A DNA stretch of 64,000 nucleotides from Thermoproteota archaeon. Lineage in GTDB: Archaea > Korarchaeota > Korarchaeia > Korarchaeales > Korarchaeaceae. The stretch is from the NCBI GenBank assembly GCA_027492205.1, contig JAOZFN010000016.1, positions 1-64,000 on the forward strand. The letters are read 5' to 3'. A program made the position numbers and the translations under genes. Positions 48,310 through 58,691 of this stretch are shown here, piece after piece. A model generated the notes under the pieces. It ran no database searches, was not told the origin of the DNA, and worked only from the letters and a program-made list of their open reading frames with translations. How positions within the stretch are numbered: position 1 is the stretch's first letter; each line of letters opens with the position of its first letter.

Positions 48310-50307
48310 TCACGGAGGAAAGAGGCTCTCTATCGTCTCTCTGTCCTCCTCGGGGATGTAGATATTGGGCTCTCCACCGTAGTCCGTCAGCCACGTCTGG
48401 GCTATCTCGGGGAGCGTAGCCCACCTGATCACGCCCATCTCCTCGTATATCTGGAGGGGCCTCAGCACGTCCTCCTCAAACCATGCGATGAAGTCGTCGC
48501 TCAGCAAGCCCTGAGGGACGAATATCGAGACTGTGTACATCTTGCCCGGCTCGAGCTTCCCCTCCTCGGCGAGCCTGACGAGCTCGGGGAGCCCCCCGAG
48601 GATCTGGCCGGACCTCTTGTAGGACCCCACGTATATCAGAGCCCCTCTGGGGTTGTGGGTGATGAAGTGGTACCTGTCTTTCGGCCTCCAGACGCCGGAG
48701 GCAAAGAGGTCGGGCCCCTTGTGACCGGCGGTGGCGGCGCCCCAGAGTATGTCCCCCTTCCACTCTGCGTCTGGGAAGACGTTGCCCCTCATTGGAGACC
48801 TGAACTTCTCCCAGCCCTGCCTGTTGTCCGGAGGGTAGTAGAGGAAGCCTCCCACGACGTTTGACGGCTGGACGCCCAGTAGAGTGAGCAGATGGGCCAC
48901 GTCCGCATAGTTGTAAGTCCTCTCGTGAGAGTGCGGGTCTATGGAGAAGCCCAGGGAGCTCAGGAACTGAACTACGTTCATCCCATTCGTGTTGGTCCTG
49001 ACCTCCCCAACGTCGTACCGCCTAGTGGCCTCCAAGAAGTTCCACTCGGACTGCCAGTCGAAAGCCGCGCCGTACATGGATAGGAGCTTCGCGAACTTGA
49101 CGAGCTGGTTCCGCCACCGGAAGTATGTGTCTGGGTCGGCCACGAAGTCTGGGTTGGTTGGGGGATCCTCATTGTGCATGACGACTGTGACGTAGATGGG
49201 GTAGGGCTTGGGGCTTCCGTAGAAGAAGTCGTAGGCCATGTCCACAGCCCTCGCTACAGACTCAACCTCCTTCTCGGTCGGGTAGAGGTAGAGGGTGATG
49301 TTTCGCCTGTCGTAGGTCACGTTCTCCGGCCCGTAGTTCAGCCTGACCCTGAACCCCAGCCGGGCCACGGTGTTCACCATCAGGATGCTGTGGTCGTAGT
49401 TGGGCTGTACGTGATCCCTGTCGCTCTGGAGCCTAACGTAGAGGCCCACCTCAGCTGGGTTGACCCTCTCGATCAGCCGGGCTGCCTCCCTCTCCTCCCA
49501 GTAGGCGTTGTCGTAGCAGCTCCCCGGCTCACCAGAGTACCCGCTCTGGACCCTCCGCCAGATCTCCTCCTTGACCCTGTCTAGCTCCTCGTCGGGGACG
49601 TTCCTTACCCGCTCCCTGGGGATCTCGCCGCAGTAGACCTGAGCGTAGACCCTGTCGGAGGGGCCCTCCCAGTCCACCCAAAGCTCGATGGGCATGTCGT
49701 AGTACGCCAGGGCCCCAGAGACCATGGCCACGCCGAAGGAGAAGCTCAGCACTCCGACCCTGCCGTCCCCCCTCCGCTTGGCCAACAGGTAGAGCTGGTA
49801 GAGCGCAGCCTGATCCAGCCTGCCGTAGTCGTTGGGCTCGCCTTCGCTCTCTCCCCTGCCCAGCGGGTCGAAGGTCACGACCAGAAAACCCTTGGAGGCG
49901 GCGTACAGGGCTACATCGCCCTTCTCGAAGATCTCAGAGTCACCACACCTCCCCGGGACCATTATCAGGGCTGGCCGAGACCCCTCCATGTAGTACAGCC
50001 TGGCCCTCTGCTCGTCTCCGGTCAGGGGATTGACCACGAAGAACTCCTCGACGCGGATGACCTTCCCCTCGTAGGTTGCCTCCTTCACGCCAGACCTCAC
50101 GATCCCCGCTGATGGGGTGTGAGTTAGCTCACCGGGCTTCGCTGGTGGGCTCGCCGTTCTGGGCGGGGTCGACCCCGTCGCGGCGGGGGGACCAGCCTGG
50201 GGCGCGCCCTCGTTGGATGGCCAAATGTTTGAGATCAGGAAAGCCGCCCCAGCCCCGGCCAGTATGAGGAGACCTAGAAGCGCCAATGCGTCTCCTCTGG
50301 ACAACAC
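48310..50307 (-). CDS. Membrane-anchored extracellular protein: alpha/beta-hydrolase domain plus deacetylase-like metal barrel
   Basis: N-terminal TM and Pro-rich linker; FDPLGRGES and SFSFG elbow; second domain with MHNED and DPHSHE. Confidence 0.7.
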   Translation of the reverse strand: MLSRGDALALLGLLILAGAGAAFLISNIWPSNEGAPQAGPPAATGSTPPRTASPPAKPGELTHTPSAGIVRSGVKEATYEGKVIRVEEFFVVNPLTGDEQRARLYYMEGSRPALIMVPGRCGDSEIFEKGDVALYAASKGFLVVTFDPLGRGESEGEPNDYGRLDQAALYQLYLLAKRRGDGRVGVLSFSFGVAMVSGALAYYDMPIELWVDWEGPSDRVYAQVYCGEIPRERVRNVPDEELDRVKEEIWRRVQSGYSGEPGSCYDNAYWEEREAARLIERVNPAEVGLYVRLQSDRDHVQPNYDHSILMVNTVARLGFRVRLNYGPENVTYDRRNITLYLYPTEKEVESVARAVDMAYDFFYGSPKPYPIYVTVVMHNEDPPTNPDFVADPDTYFRWRNQLVKFAKLLSMYGAAFDWQSEWNFLEATRRYDVGEVRTNTNGMNVVQFLSSLGFSIDPHSHERTYNYADVAHLLTLLGVQPSNVVGGFLYYPPDNRQGWEKFRSPMRGNVFPDAEWKGDILWGAATAGHKGPDLFASGVWRPKDRYHFITHNPRGALIYVGSYKRSGQILGGLPELVRLAEEGKLEPGKMYTVSIFVPQGLLSDDFIAWFEEDVLRPLQIYEEMGVIRWATLPEIAQTWLTDYGGEPNIYIPEEDRETIESLFPP

Positions 50308-50534
50308 CTACACCTTGCCCGTGGAGTCTCTTACAATTATAGATCCACTAGGAACGCAACGTATAGACAAATGGTCTTGTAGAGGCGACGCCCGGGGGCG
50401 AGTGCGTTCAAATCTCCAGCCGATAGCCGCGCTTGGCCGGAGTTCAAGTGTGCGTAAACGCGTGAATGCCTGGCATCACGCACGTTGAGACCAGCTTTCG
50501 TGTGGGCGGACGTTGATACCCTGAGTCGGCCTGT

Positions 50535-51057
50535 AAACTGGCCCTCATAGACGAGCCCAACCTGGTGACGATGGACGAGCCGACCTCTCCGCTAGACTTG
50601 TCGGCGCAGGCTCAGACACTCAGGCTTATCTAGAGGCTGAAGGGAGAAGGCGATCCCCGCCTGTTCGTAGTCCCTAAGATCAGGGAGATCGTCTTGTTCA
50701 CCGCCCCATCCCTCGTGAGAGGGGGCGCCCTTGGCTTGCTTCTGGGCCCCCCCTGCTGAACTAAGTGAACTACTACGCCGCGTGCCTCGTGATACAAGCT
50801 CAGCCAGGCAAGCTGCGGGGCGAGCCCCCGATCTTCGGCTGGCCCATCTACGCCACAATCAGGGTGGTGGGGACGTCAACATCGGGGCGCGCTCTCCATA
50901 CCGCCCTTCAGGCTCCTCAAGCTAACTGGGCTGAGCATGTGTGAAGAAGCAGCTCGCTCTGGCGCTCGTGTGCGTAGCCACGGACTTCGCGCCCAAGGCG
51001 ACGGTTGCCAACTCGATCTACTGGCCGATGCTAAGCCACGCAGTGAGGGTACCCTGG
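50535..51057 (+). pseudogene. Chimeric remnant: ABC ATPase fragment joined to a decayed copy of the 3' half of gene 37842-38603
   Basis: LALIDEPNLVTMDEPTSPLDLSAQAQTLRLI* then EGDPRLFVVPKIREI...FGWPIYA.IRVVG...KATVANSIYWPMLSHAVRVP, with frameshifts. Confidence 0.8.
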
Positions 51058-51243
51058 CCTCGTGAGCATCCTTCGCGTCGTGGCGAGATAGCCCATCGGC
51101 GGCTGGCGGCTCGCTAACTCTTAGCTCTGAGGCCCCCTCACCTGAGGCGACGGCGCCCGCGTCCATGACGCATGGGGCTGACGCGGCCCCTGGCGGGCTG
51201 ATGCCTGGGCATATTCTGAACCACCATCCCTCCGCGCGGCGGA

Positions 51244-54200
51244 TCACGACCGCCGACTGCGTGCCCGCCCCCTGATGCTCAGGAGCGCCGAGACCGCCAG
51301 CAGCACGCCCGAGAGAGCCACGGGTATTGTCGACGCCCACCACCCAACCACCCTACCTCCCACGGGCAGGCATGACAACACCAGGGTTGCCTCTGCGGTG
51401 GCCGGATCTGAGCAGGCCGGCCCACATCCCCAGTAGGCCGCGACCGTTTCGGTGATGTTCGAGCGCGAACACCTGACGAGCCTGGCCCTCAAATCGACTG
51501 TGAAGTCCTCTCCAGGCTCTAGGGACACGTTAGTCCACGTCAGGTCGGTGTAGCCCCCCACCACCCCCTCCCTCCTGCTGGGCGGCGGATTTGCTTCAAC
51601 GTACTCGAGCTTAGAGTTCAGGTGGTCCGCCAGGGTTACGTTCGGGGCAGTGGCATTCCCCACGTTGGTCACCCTGATCGTCCAGGATACGACCTGGTTG
51701 ATATCGGCGTACTGGCTCTCGGGCTCCTTGGTCACCCGGAGCATCGGAACGAGCACCTCGCCCGTCCTGGACCTAGCCCTGTCCCTGTCCTTGTCGCAGG
51801 AGTTCTCGATCCCGTCGGTCTGTATCCCGTGGTCGGCCCTCTCGGGGGTGCAGTCGGGGGAGGTGACGTTGTACATAACCTCGAAGTAATCTCCGGGGTC
51901 GAGCCTCCAGGAGGTGTCGTTGACGATGTACCACCGGATGCCCCCTACCGAGGGCTCCTCAACCCACACGTACGTTGTGACGCCCGGTGGGGGGGCCTCC
52001 ATGTAGGGGTATACCGGAAGGTAGGCGTCTGTGCCCTCAGACCTGTCATGAAACAGGACAACCGTGTTCTCCTCCGGCGGGGCGGCCGCTCGCACGCCCG
52101 TGGCGAGCGTCTCGTTGACCACCAGCCACCCGTTCGGGACGTAGAGGGGTAGGCACGGATCGCGGTTCCTGAGCCTGAACCTCCAGGTGACCTGATCACA
52201 TGCCTCAATCGTGTCGTCTAGTATTAGAACGCCGACGCGGCTCGGGTTGCTGTGGAGATGCGATGTGCGATTGTGCCACTCCTCCTCGTACACGCAGCCC
52301 TCGCACCCGTCCCTGATCCCAACGTGGAGGTAGGCCCTGCTTGCGCAGCTCACAACCTCTGCCGTGATGGAGATGTTCAGGGAGCCGCCCGGAGGGACGT
52401 CGTCGAGAGAGCCTCCCTCTGAGGTTGGAAGCCACTCCAGCACCCTCCCAGCAACGGAATCGGGGGTCGGCGTTGCCGAGATGTAGGATGCGGCTGGGGG
52501 AAGTTCTACCGTGACGCCCACGTTTCTGGCGTCGGAGTCCCCAGAGTTGACCACACTCACGTTCCAGACTACCTGGTCTCCCTTCTCCCCGCAAACCCTG
52601 GAGGCGGCCTGCACCCTGAGGTCCGGCCTCCTGAGCGCGTAGTCGGCGGAGCCGGACGTCAGGATCTCCGCGGCCTGCTCCGCGCAGGGCCTGTCGTAGG
52701 TGACCCTCATGGTCGAGCGCCCTCCCCCGTCGCTGCACGGGCAGCTCGCGATCGCGCCGAACGTGATGTTGACCTCCTCCTCCCTCTGGAGTGTGGAGAA
52801 CGCCGTATCGGAGAGGTCCCAGACCACCCACCTCAGTGCCGGGTCCACCTGTGCGGGCGATATGGGGGTCGAGTGGGTGGAGTTGAACGCCCTCGCCGGG
52901 GCCGAGGAGTTGTAGTAGAAGCAGGGGGGGAGGGTGTAGTTCACCGTGACGTTGTAGATGTCGATCAGGCCGACGTTCTTCGCCACGGCGGTCACGTTGG
53001 CGCCGCCGCAGAGGTCCACGGGGTTCGGCTCCAGATCGTCGGTCACGTACAGCTCGCCTCTCGGGACGACTACGTCGGAGTCGTCCCACACGACCTGGCA
53101 AGGCTGAGAGCAGCAGCCCCACGATGCATTCGCGACGTCGGTCAGGCCCGAGCAGGCCACCATCTTGGCTCGGAGGGTGACGTTCACGATGTCTCCGGGG
53201 TCGAGGGTCCCGTTCGTGAAGGTGACGGCCCTCCCATCGGCCGAGACCCCCGTGAGCCAGCCTGCCGGGGTGCCGCTGGCGCTGTACCTGAGCCCGCTCC
53301 CGAGGTAGTCGACCACCGTGACGTTTCTCGCGGTTCCATTACCCGAGTTGTAGAGCCAGATCCTCCACTCGACTGTCTGGGAGACCGCATAGATCCTCTC
53401 GGGTTCCTTGTAGATCACCAGGTATGGCCTGAGCGTGGGTTGGCCGTCGCTTGTGTAGACCTCGTGCCAGACGCACTGACACCGCGGCTCACACCCCCCC
53501 ACGGCCTGACACTTGTCCGAGTAGTCGAGCGTGGACCTGTAAACGTATCCAGACCTTACCGGGCAGCACGGGGTCACGTTGTAGTAGATCGTGAATCCCG
53601 TGTCGACCGCTGAGAGCTGGGGGACGTTTGTGACGTTCCAGATCAGCAGGTCCCCTTGAAGGAGGGGGTCAACCCCTGTTAGGACCGTCCCGTTGTCGAA
53701 CTCCACTACGGAGGGGCCCAGGAACTCGAGACCCGAGGGAACCTCGCTCGTGACGGTCAGGTTGTACCCGGGCGAGGACGCGGTGGCCCCAGAGACCCTG
53801 ACCCTCCTCTCCTCAAGCCCGCACACGTCCGTGTAAGGTGGGTGGGACTCCGATATCCCCAGGTGAGGCCTCCCGACCTCCACGTATGCGGCCCACCTCT
53901 CCTCCCCCCCGCAACCCAGGTTCGTCCCGTCCGAGGCCGTGGCGTTGAGGGAGAGCCCCATCCTGTCGTGGAGGTACCCGCCAGCCGAGCACCTCACCCT
54001 CACCGGGTAGGATATCTCCAGCGTGTCCCCGGGGCTAGTCACGAAGTTCAGCTCGCTCAGGTTCCAGTAGATGCACGCGCTCGTCTGGAGGTAGGGCTCC
54101 AGCGTGACCTGCGTCCCGTTGGGGAGGGTGATCCCGGTGGGTCCCACGTAGGTCTCCTGGAGGTCGCCCGTCTCCGCGGCGCAGTGGGAGAACGTGACGT

Positions 54201-55950
54201 TGGAGAGAGTGGAGTTCATTCCGTCAACGTTGAACTTCACGCGGGTCGCGTACTCCAGAGGGCTGCACGCCTCCACGGAGGAAGAGTTGGCCTCGCTCCT
54301 CACGAGGAAGCAGTCTGTCTCGTTCGAGCAGGTGAGCCTTATCGAGTGGGAGTCGGAGGACGAGAGAGAGCAGCTGGCGCAGCAGGTGAGCTCCACATCC
54401 GCGGAGTTCACGCCCCAGTCGCCGCACGACGAGCCCTCTGACCTCTGGACGGTGAGGTTGATCGTGATGTTCTGAGCCCTCAGGTCCCACGAGATCTCTC
54501 CACCCGCCGTCGAGTTGGGCTGGGGCTCCGCAGACACGAGTCTCAGGTGGTCGGGCAGTCCGTCAGTGACGCTCACCCTCGGGGACTGGCACGAGTCCGT
54601 CCCGTGGACCCGGACGGTCAGGGTGTAGTTGGACGCCGAGGAGTTGAGGGCCTCGTGGGGGCCGTCCTTCTCGACGGATACTGACGGGGAGGAGGTGGGA
54701 ATCTGGAAGGAGTCCACGCCCGCCCTCCAGGGCTTGTCGCACTGATCCTCGTAGGCGGGAAGGAACACCACCGTGCCAGACCCGCTCGCGCCGCAGTCGG
54801 CCGTGACGTTGAACGAAATGCTCCTGACGCCGCCGGCGGGAAGGTCTCCCAGGTGAAAGGTCAGCCCGTCACCGTGAACATCCGGTTGAGGGGACCCGGT
54901 CCCCGAGACGTAGTTCAGGCCGCTCGGAAGCATCAGCGTCACGTTGAGGGACCTGGCCGACCCATCCCCCGAGTTCTCAACGGCGACCACCACCTCGGAC
55001 TCCTCGCAGGGTGTGACCGGCGACGGGGCCACCGACTGACCGGCCATCACGATCCTCGGAGTCTTGGGTTCGAGTATTATTGAGCCCACAGCCCAGTCGC
55101 CGTGGCACTGGCCAGAGCAGGTGACGTAGGCGCTTGCGTTGTCGACCAGGCCCTCGCACCCGTCCACGGACGCCGTCAGGGTGACCTCGAAGACCTCTCC
55201 AACCGCGAGGGAGATGTTGGTCCAGTACATCCTGCCGTCCGGAGTGAACCCGTCAGGGTCCGGGTCCGCCCCAATGTATCTCAGGGAGCTGCCGAGCCGG
55301 TCCACGAGCGTGACGTTGACCGCCCGGACGAAGCCAGTGTTCTTCACGCGGAGCTTCCACTGGACCTCGTCGCCTACCTCCGCCTCCTGACTGGTGGGCG
55401 CCTTCTCTACGGTGAGCGCGGGTCTGAGGACCTGGAAGGGGTTGGACTCTCCGGAAGAGGCGTACGTGTTACCCTCCTCGTCCTCGTAGGTGGCCGTTGC
55501 ACTCAAGTAAGCGCTATCCGGGGAGGAGCAGCTGGTCGAGAGGTTAAATCCAACTTTGAGACGAGCCCCGGGCTCCAGTGGATTAAACCCAACGTCCGAC
55601 ACGTTCCAGATCAGCTCGCTCCCGGAGACCGTCGGATCGGCCGGCGTGCCGTTGACGTACCCCGTTCCCCTCACGTAGGCGGCGCCGGCCGGCAGGGTCA
55701 GGGTGACCACGACGTTCGTGGCGTTTTCATCGCCCGAGTTTGCGAGGCGCACCGTAAAGTTGGCTGGGATACACTCTCCCACCTTGTCAGGGGCAAGGAC
55801 AACGATCCCCACATCGGGTCTGGATCCCTGGGAAAGGGCCGCTGACAGGGGAGGTATCTGGATCAAGATCAGGATCAATGCCGCCAGGGCCCTGAGGCGG
55901 GAACCTTGGGGGTGGACCCCCCAACGAAGGTACATGATCAAAACTCTCAA
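51244..55950 (-). CDS. Large Cys-rich surface glycoprotein with DUF11/Ig-like repeats and C-terminal TM anchor
   Basis: Signal peptide, repeated W.I.V.N.G...A.NVTV.D.L...L.Y units, many N-x-S/T sequons, PVGG plus TM plus basic tail. Confidence 0.88.
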   Translation of the reverse strand: MRVLIMYLRWGVHPQGSRLRALAALILILIQIPPLSAALSQGSRPDVGIVVLAPDKVGECIPANFTVRLANSGDENATNVVVTLTLPAGAAYVRGTGYVNGTPADPTVSGSELIWNVSDVGFNPLEPGARLKVGFNLSTSCSSPDSAYLSATATYEDEEGNTYASSGESNPFQVLRPALTVEKAPTSQEAEVGDEVQWKLRVKNTGFVRAVNVTLVDRLGSSLRYIGADPDPDGFTPDGRMYWTNISLAVGEVFEVTLTASVDGCEGLVDNASAYVTCSGQCHGDWAVGSIILEPKTPRIVMAGQSVAPSPVTPCEESEVVVAVENSGDGSARSLNVTLMLPSGLNYVSGTGSPQPDVHGDGLTFHLGDLPAGGVRSISFNVTADCGASGSGTVVFLPAYEDQCDKPWRAGVDSFQIPTSSPSVSVEKDGPHEALNSSASNYTLTVRVHGTDSCQSPRVSVTDGLPDHLRLVSAEPQPNSTAGGEISWDLRAQNITINLTVQRSEGSSCGDWGVNSADVELTCCASCSLSSSDSHSIRLTCSNETDCFLVRSEANSSSVEACSPLEYATRVKFNVDGMNSTLSNVTFSHCAAETGDLQETYVGPTGITLPNGTQVTLEPYLQTSACIYWNLSELNFVTSPGDTLEISYPVRVRCSAGGYLHDRMGLSLNATASDGTNLGCGGEERWAAYVEVGRPHLGISESHPPYTDVCGLEERRVRVSGATASSPGYNLTVTSEVPSGLEFLGPSVVEFDNGTVLTGVDPLLQGDLLIWNVTNVPQLSAVDTGFTIYYNVTPCCPVRSGYVYRSTLDYSDKCQAVGGCEPRCQCVWHEVYTSDGQPTLRPYLVIYKEPERIYAVSQTVEWRIWLYNSGNGTARNVTVVDYLGSGLRYSASGTPAGWLTGVSADGRAVTFTNGTLDPGDIVNVTLRAKMVACSGLTDVANASWGCCSQPCQVVWDDSDVVVPRGELYVTDDLEPNPVDLCGGANVTAVAKNVGLIDIYNVTVNYTLPPCFYYNSSAPARAFNSTHSTPISPAQVDPALRWVVWDLSDTAFSTLQREEEVNITFGAIASCPCSDGGGRSTMRVTYDRPCAEQAAEILTSGSADYALRRPDLRVQAASRVCGEKGDQVVWNVSVVNSGDSDARNVGVTVELPPAASYISATPTPDSVAGRVLEWLPTSEGGSLDDVPPGGSLNISITAEVVSCASRAYLHVGIRDGCEGCVYEEEWHNRTSHLHSNPSRVGVLILDDTIEACDQVTWRFRLRNRDPCLPLYVPNGWLVVNETLATGVRAAAPPEENTVVLFHDRSEGTDAYLPVYPYMEAPPPGVTTYVWVEEPSVGGIRWYIVNDTSWRLDPGDYFEVMYNVTSPDCTPERADHGIQTDGIENSCDKDRDRARSRTGEVLVPMLRVTKEPESQYADINQVVSWTIRVTNVGNATAPNVTLADHLNSKLEYVEANPPPSRREGVVGGYTDLTWTNVSLEPGEDFTVDLRARLVRCSRSNITETVAAYWGCGPACSDPATAEATLVLSCLPVGGRVVGWWASTIPVALSGVLLAVSALLSIRGRARSRRS

Positions 55951-56738
55951 CTCCCTGAGGGGGTTCAGGTCGGGGCCGCAGACGTGACCCTCGTTGGGGG
56001 CCCGGCTGAAGCTCCCCGGTCTGGACGCCTGGCCACGACCTCTTCTAAAGCAGCGCAGAGTTCAGAGCCGGTCTCGCGAGCGCTCGAGGCCTCCTCAGAT
56101 CCATCGCGGTTGTCTTCAGATCCCCGCTCCGTCTGTGGATCTACAGCCAGAGAGGGAAGCCCCTCGCCGGCCAGGGCCGACCCCCAACCTTGGCCACCAC
56201 GTAGGGCGCCTCCGGGCCCCGAGCCCCTCGGTACGGTGGGTGGCGAATCCCCCCGCCGCGACCGGATTGGCCCGCCAAAGAAAAGAGACGTCGCCTCGCG
56301 ATCACCTGAAACGCCTCGGACCTCCCTTGGGAGGTTCCTCCCGCGCTCCACCCGATGGAGCGGGGTCTCCTGCCTAGCTGGAGTTGTTAGAACCACCTCT
56401 ACACCTGAGGGGTCTAGGCTCTTTACTAAATAAGCAGCGCCCCACCTGAGGTTTGCTTGAGCCGCCGGGGCGCCGGGCTAGCAGGCCGCGCGGGTTGTTG
56501 GCAGATCTGTCCACTCTGGCCGCCTGAGGTGGCTCGTGGATCCCCTCGCGAGATCTGGGACGGCGCCTAGCCCATTGAGGTGGCGCCCCACGCCGCGGTC
56601 GACCTTCCAGCGCACCGCCTCCTTGCTCGCTAGGTCCCGTGCTCCCCGGGCCCATGGCCTGGAGATCGCGTCGAAGGGAGCCGACCCCGGGGCCCCCCAG
56701 TTTATTAATAGGAGGCGAGGGGGCCAGATGGAACCGAC

Positions 56739-57713
56739 ATGCCCTTGAGGTTATGGCTTACCGTGGCGCTGATCTCGCTCCTACCCTTGTCGGTCTTAGG
56801 CGCCGTACCCTCTGCTGCCCAGCCTCCGGCGCTCAGGGTGGCGATAGTCGCCAACAGCGTGGATCGGCCCGCTGGAGAGGAGCTCCTCAACGCCCTCAGG
56901 GCCGGGGGGGCGAACCCAGAGCTTCTGAGACCGGATGAGCTCAACGTCAGCGAGTTTGACGTGATAGTCGTATTGGGGGGTCCCGACGCGTACGAGGGCG
57001 TGGGTAACCTCACATCCACGATAATCGATCAAGACGCCGCCCACTTTGTGAGGCACATCGTTAACTCGTCGATAATCTACAACGGGCTGCTCAACGGGAC
57101 CGACGCGGTCGTCGTGGCCGGGATAACTAGAAGGGAGACGGCGCTCGCCGCCAAGGTGTTCATAGCCGAGGGGTTCGCCAACACTAAGCTCTACGTCTAC
57201 GGGACCTTCGAGGCCACAGGCTACAGGCCCGGGCAGTTCGCCGTCTACAACGTCACGGTGGAGTTGGTGAACGGAACGGTCATAAACGGAACCATTACGT
57301 CGAGGGTCCTGGAGGGGGAGATCGGCGGAGTTCGGGGGATGATGAGGGAGGATAGCATGCTGTTTCCCAGCCTGGGGGAGAGGGGGAACTTGACGTTCAG
57401 GTGGCTTCAGCTGGAGAATGGGAGCATCTGCACCCAGGCGCTGCTCCCAAACTCGATGGGAGGACCGAGGGACTTCAACTGCACCCCCCTGTGGGCTGGG
57501 AGGGAGAGACCCCCGACCTACGGCCTCCTCTACAAGATGGTCGCAGAGGTCAGGTCCGTCCCGGCAGGGGAATTCCTCGCCCTCAGGATCCTCACGGCGA
57601 CCACGATGAAGTGGGTCGCTCCGGAGGTCCCCCTCGGAGGGGTGATTGAGCTGAGCCAGATTCTCAGCGACGGTTCCATGCAGACGTTGACGCTCCTCTC
57701 CTACGGGGGCTGA
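56739..57713 (+). CDS. Secreted protein with an S-layer/cell-wall-binding-like N-terminal domain
   Basis: Signal peptide; VANSVD...VVLGGPDAYEGVG...AG..R.ET pattern of archaeal surface proteins. Confidence 0.7.
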   Translation: MPLRLWLTVALISLLPLSVLGAVPSAAQPPALRVAIVANSVDRPAGEELLNALRAGGANPELLRPDELNVSEFDVIVVLGGPDAYEGVGNLTSTIIDQDAAHFVRHIVNSSIIYNGLLNGTDAVVVAGITRRETALAAKVFIAEGFANTKLYVYGTFEATGYRPGQFAVYNVTVELVNGTVINGTITSRVLEGEIGGVRGMMREDSMLFPSLGERGNLTFRWLQLENGSICTQALLPNSMGGPRDFNCTPLWAGRERPPTYGLLYKMVAEVRSVPAGEFLALRILTATTMKWVAPEVPLGGVIELSQILSDGSMQTLTLLSYGG

Positions 57714-58081
57714 ATGGGGGGCGCAGTCGACCGTGAGCCCCGCGCCAGCCCACGCCGATCCCTCTGAGGCCTCCTGGGCCTTCCCCGTCCGAGAGATTCA
57801 CGCTGAAGGACTTCCTTGCGAGATCTGCGTTCGACTCGATCGGCCTTGAACGTTCCTCTGCGCTTGAGCCGAGACGGTCCTAGCGCCGTCGCCGACGGAC
57901 GGAGTAGGGGTAGCCTTGCCCCCTGGCTTCGGGCTCTCTTAAGCCCTCTGCGCGAGCCAGACATCCATCCCGACGAGCTCACTCAGCCCCCGGATTTAGG
58001 CCCGCGGGGCCGACCCTGGGGGTGACTGCGCAAGCGAACTGGGCGCGGCCCTTTAATTGAGATTCGACCCCAGGGTCCCTC

Positions 58082-58291
58082 GTGGACCCGGCGATCCTCC
58101 ACGACGTGCTGTCCATGCTCATCATCGTGCTGGGACTCGTGATAGTGATCCTCATCCTAAAGGCCATCCTCATGCTCCTCATACCGGGAGCGGTGGGCTT
58201 GGCTGTCTACTGGCTGACGGGGAACCTCAGGTGGGCGGCCCTGGCGTTCTTGGCAGTGATACTCATCGAGGTGGTGAGGGGGAAGAAGTAG
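58082..58291 (+). CDS. Small hydrophobic membrane protein
   Basis: 69 aa, nearly all TM; TTTAATT box about 25 nt upstream. Confidence 0.7.
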   Translation: MDPAILHDVLSMLIIVLGLVIVILILKAILMLLIPGAVGLAVYWLTGNLRWAALAFLAVILIEVVRGKK

Positions 58292-58691
58292 GCCCAGGGC
58301 CTAAAGATGGGAGTTCGGAGGGGTTGGCTTCACAGGGACCCCCTCAGGGCCGAGCCCTACTCCCTCTCAGACAGCGTGCCCCCAGGGAGCATCCCATTCA
58401 GGAACTTCCTGGGGTCTTCGCGTCGAGGGACACCTCTGCGCCCGCCTGCCTGGGGGCCGTTAGAGGTTTCAACGCCTCTGCGTTCATCCCCCATCGCCAG
58501 GGTCAGGGACTTGGCCTCGTCCCAATCCGGTCAGAGCTGCCCGGTCAGCCTTGAAGCGAACCTCCCCACCTTCACATCCGCAGCAGGGACCTGAACCTTC
58601 AGGATTCCGGCGGAGAGGAGGCGCTCGATGGCGTTGAGTGGGTGCGCGACCACTAATTATCTCACCTCGCCCGGTGGTCACGGTGGTTGAG

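Noticed and set aside
50380-50430. tRNA-like GTTCAAATC
   Set aside because: The flanks do not form a T-stem or cloverleaf.
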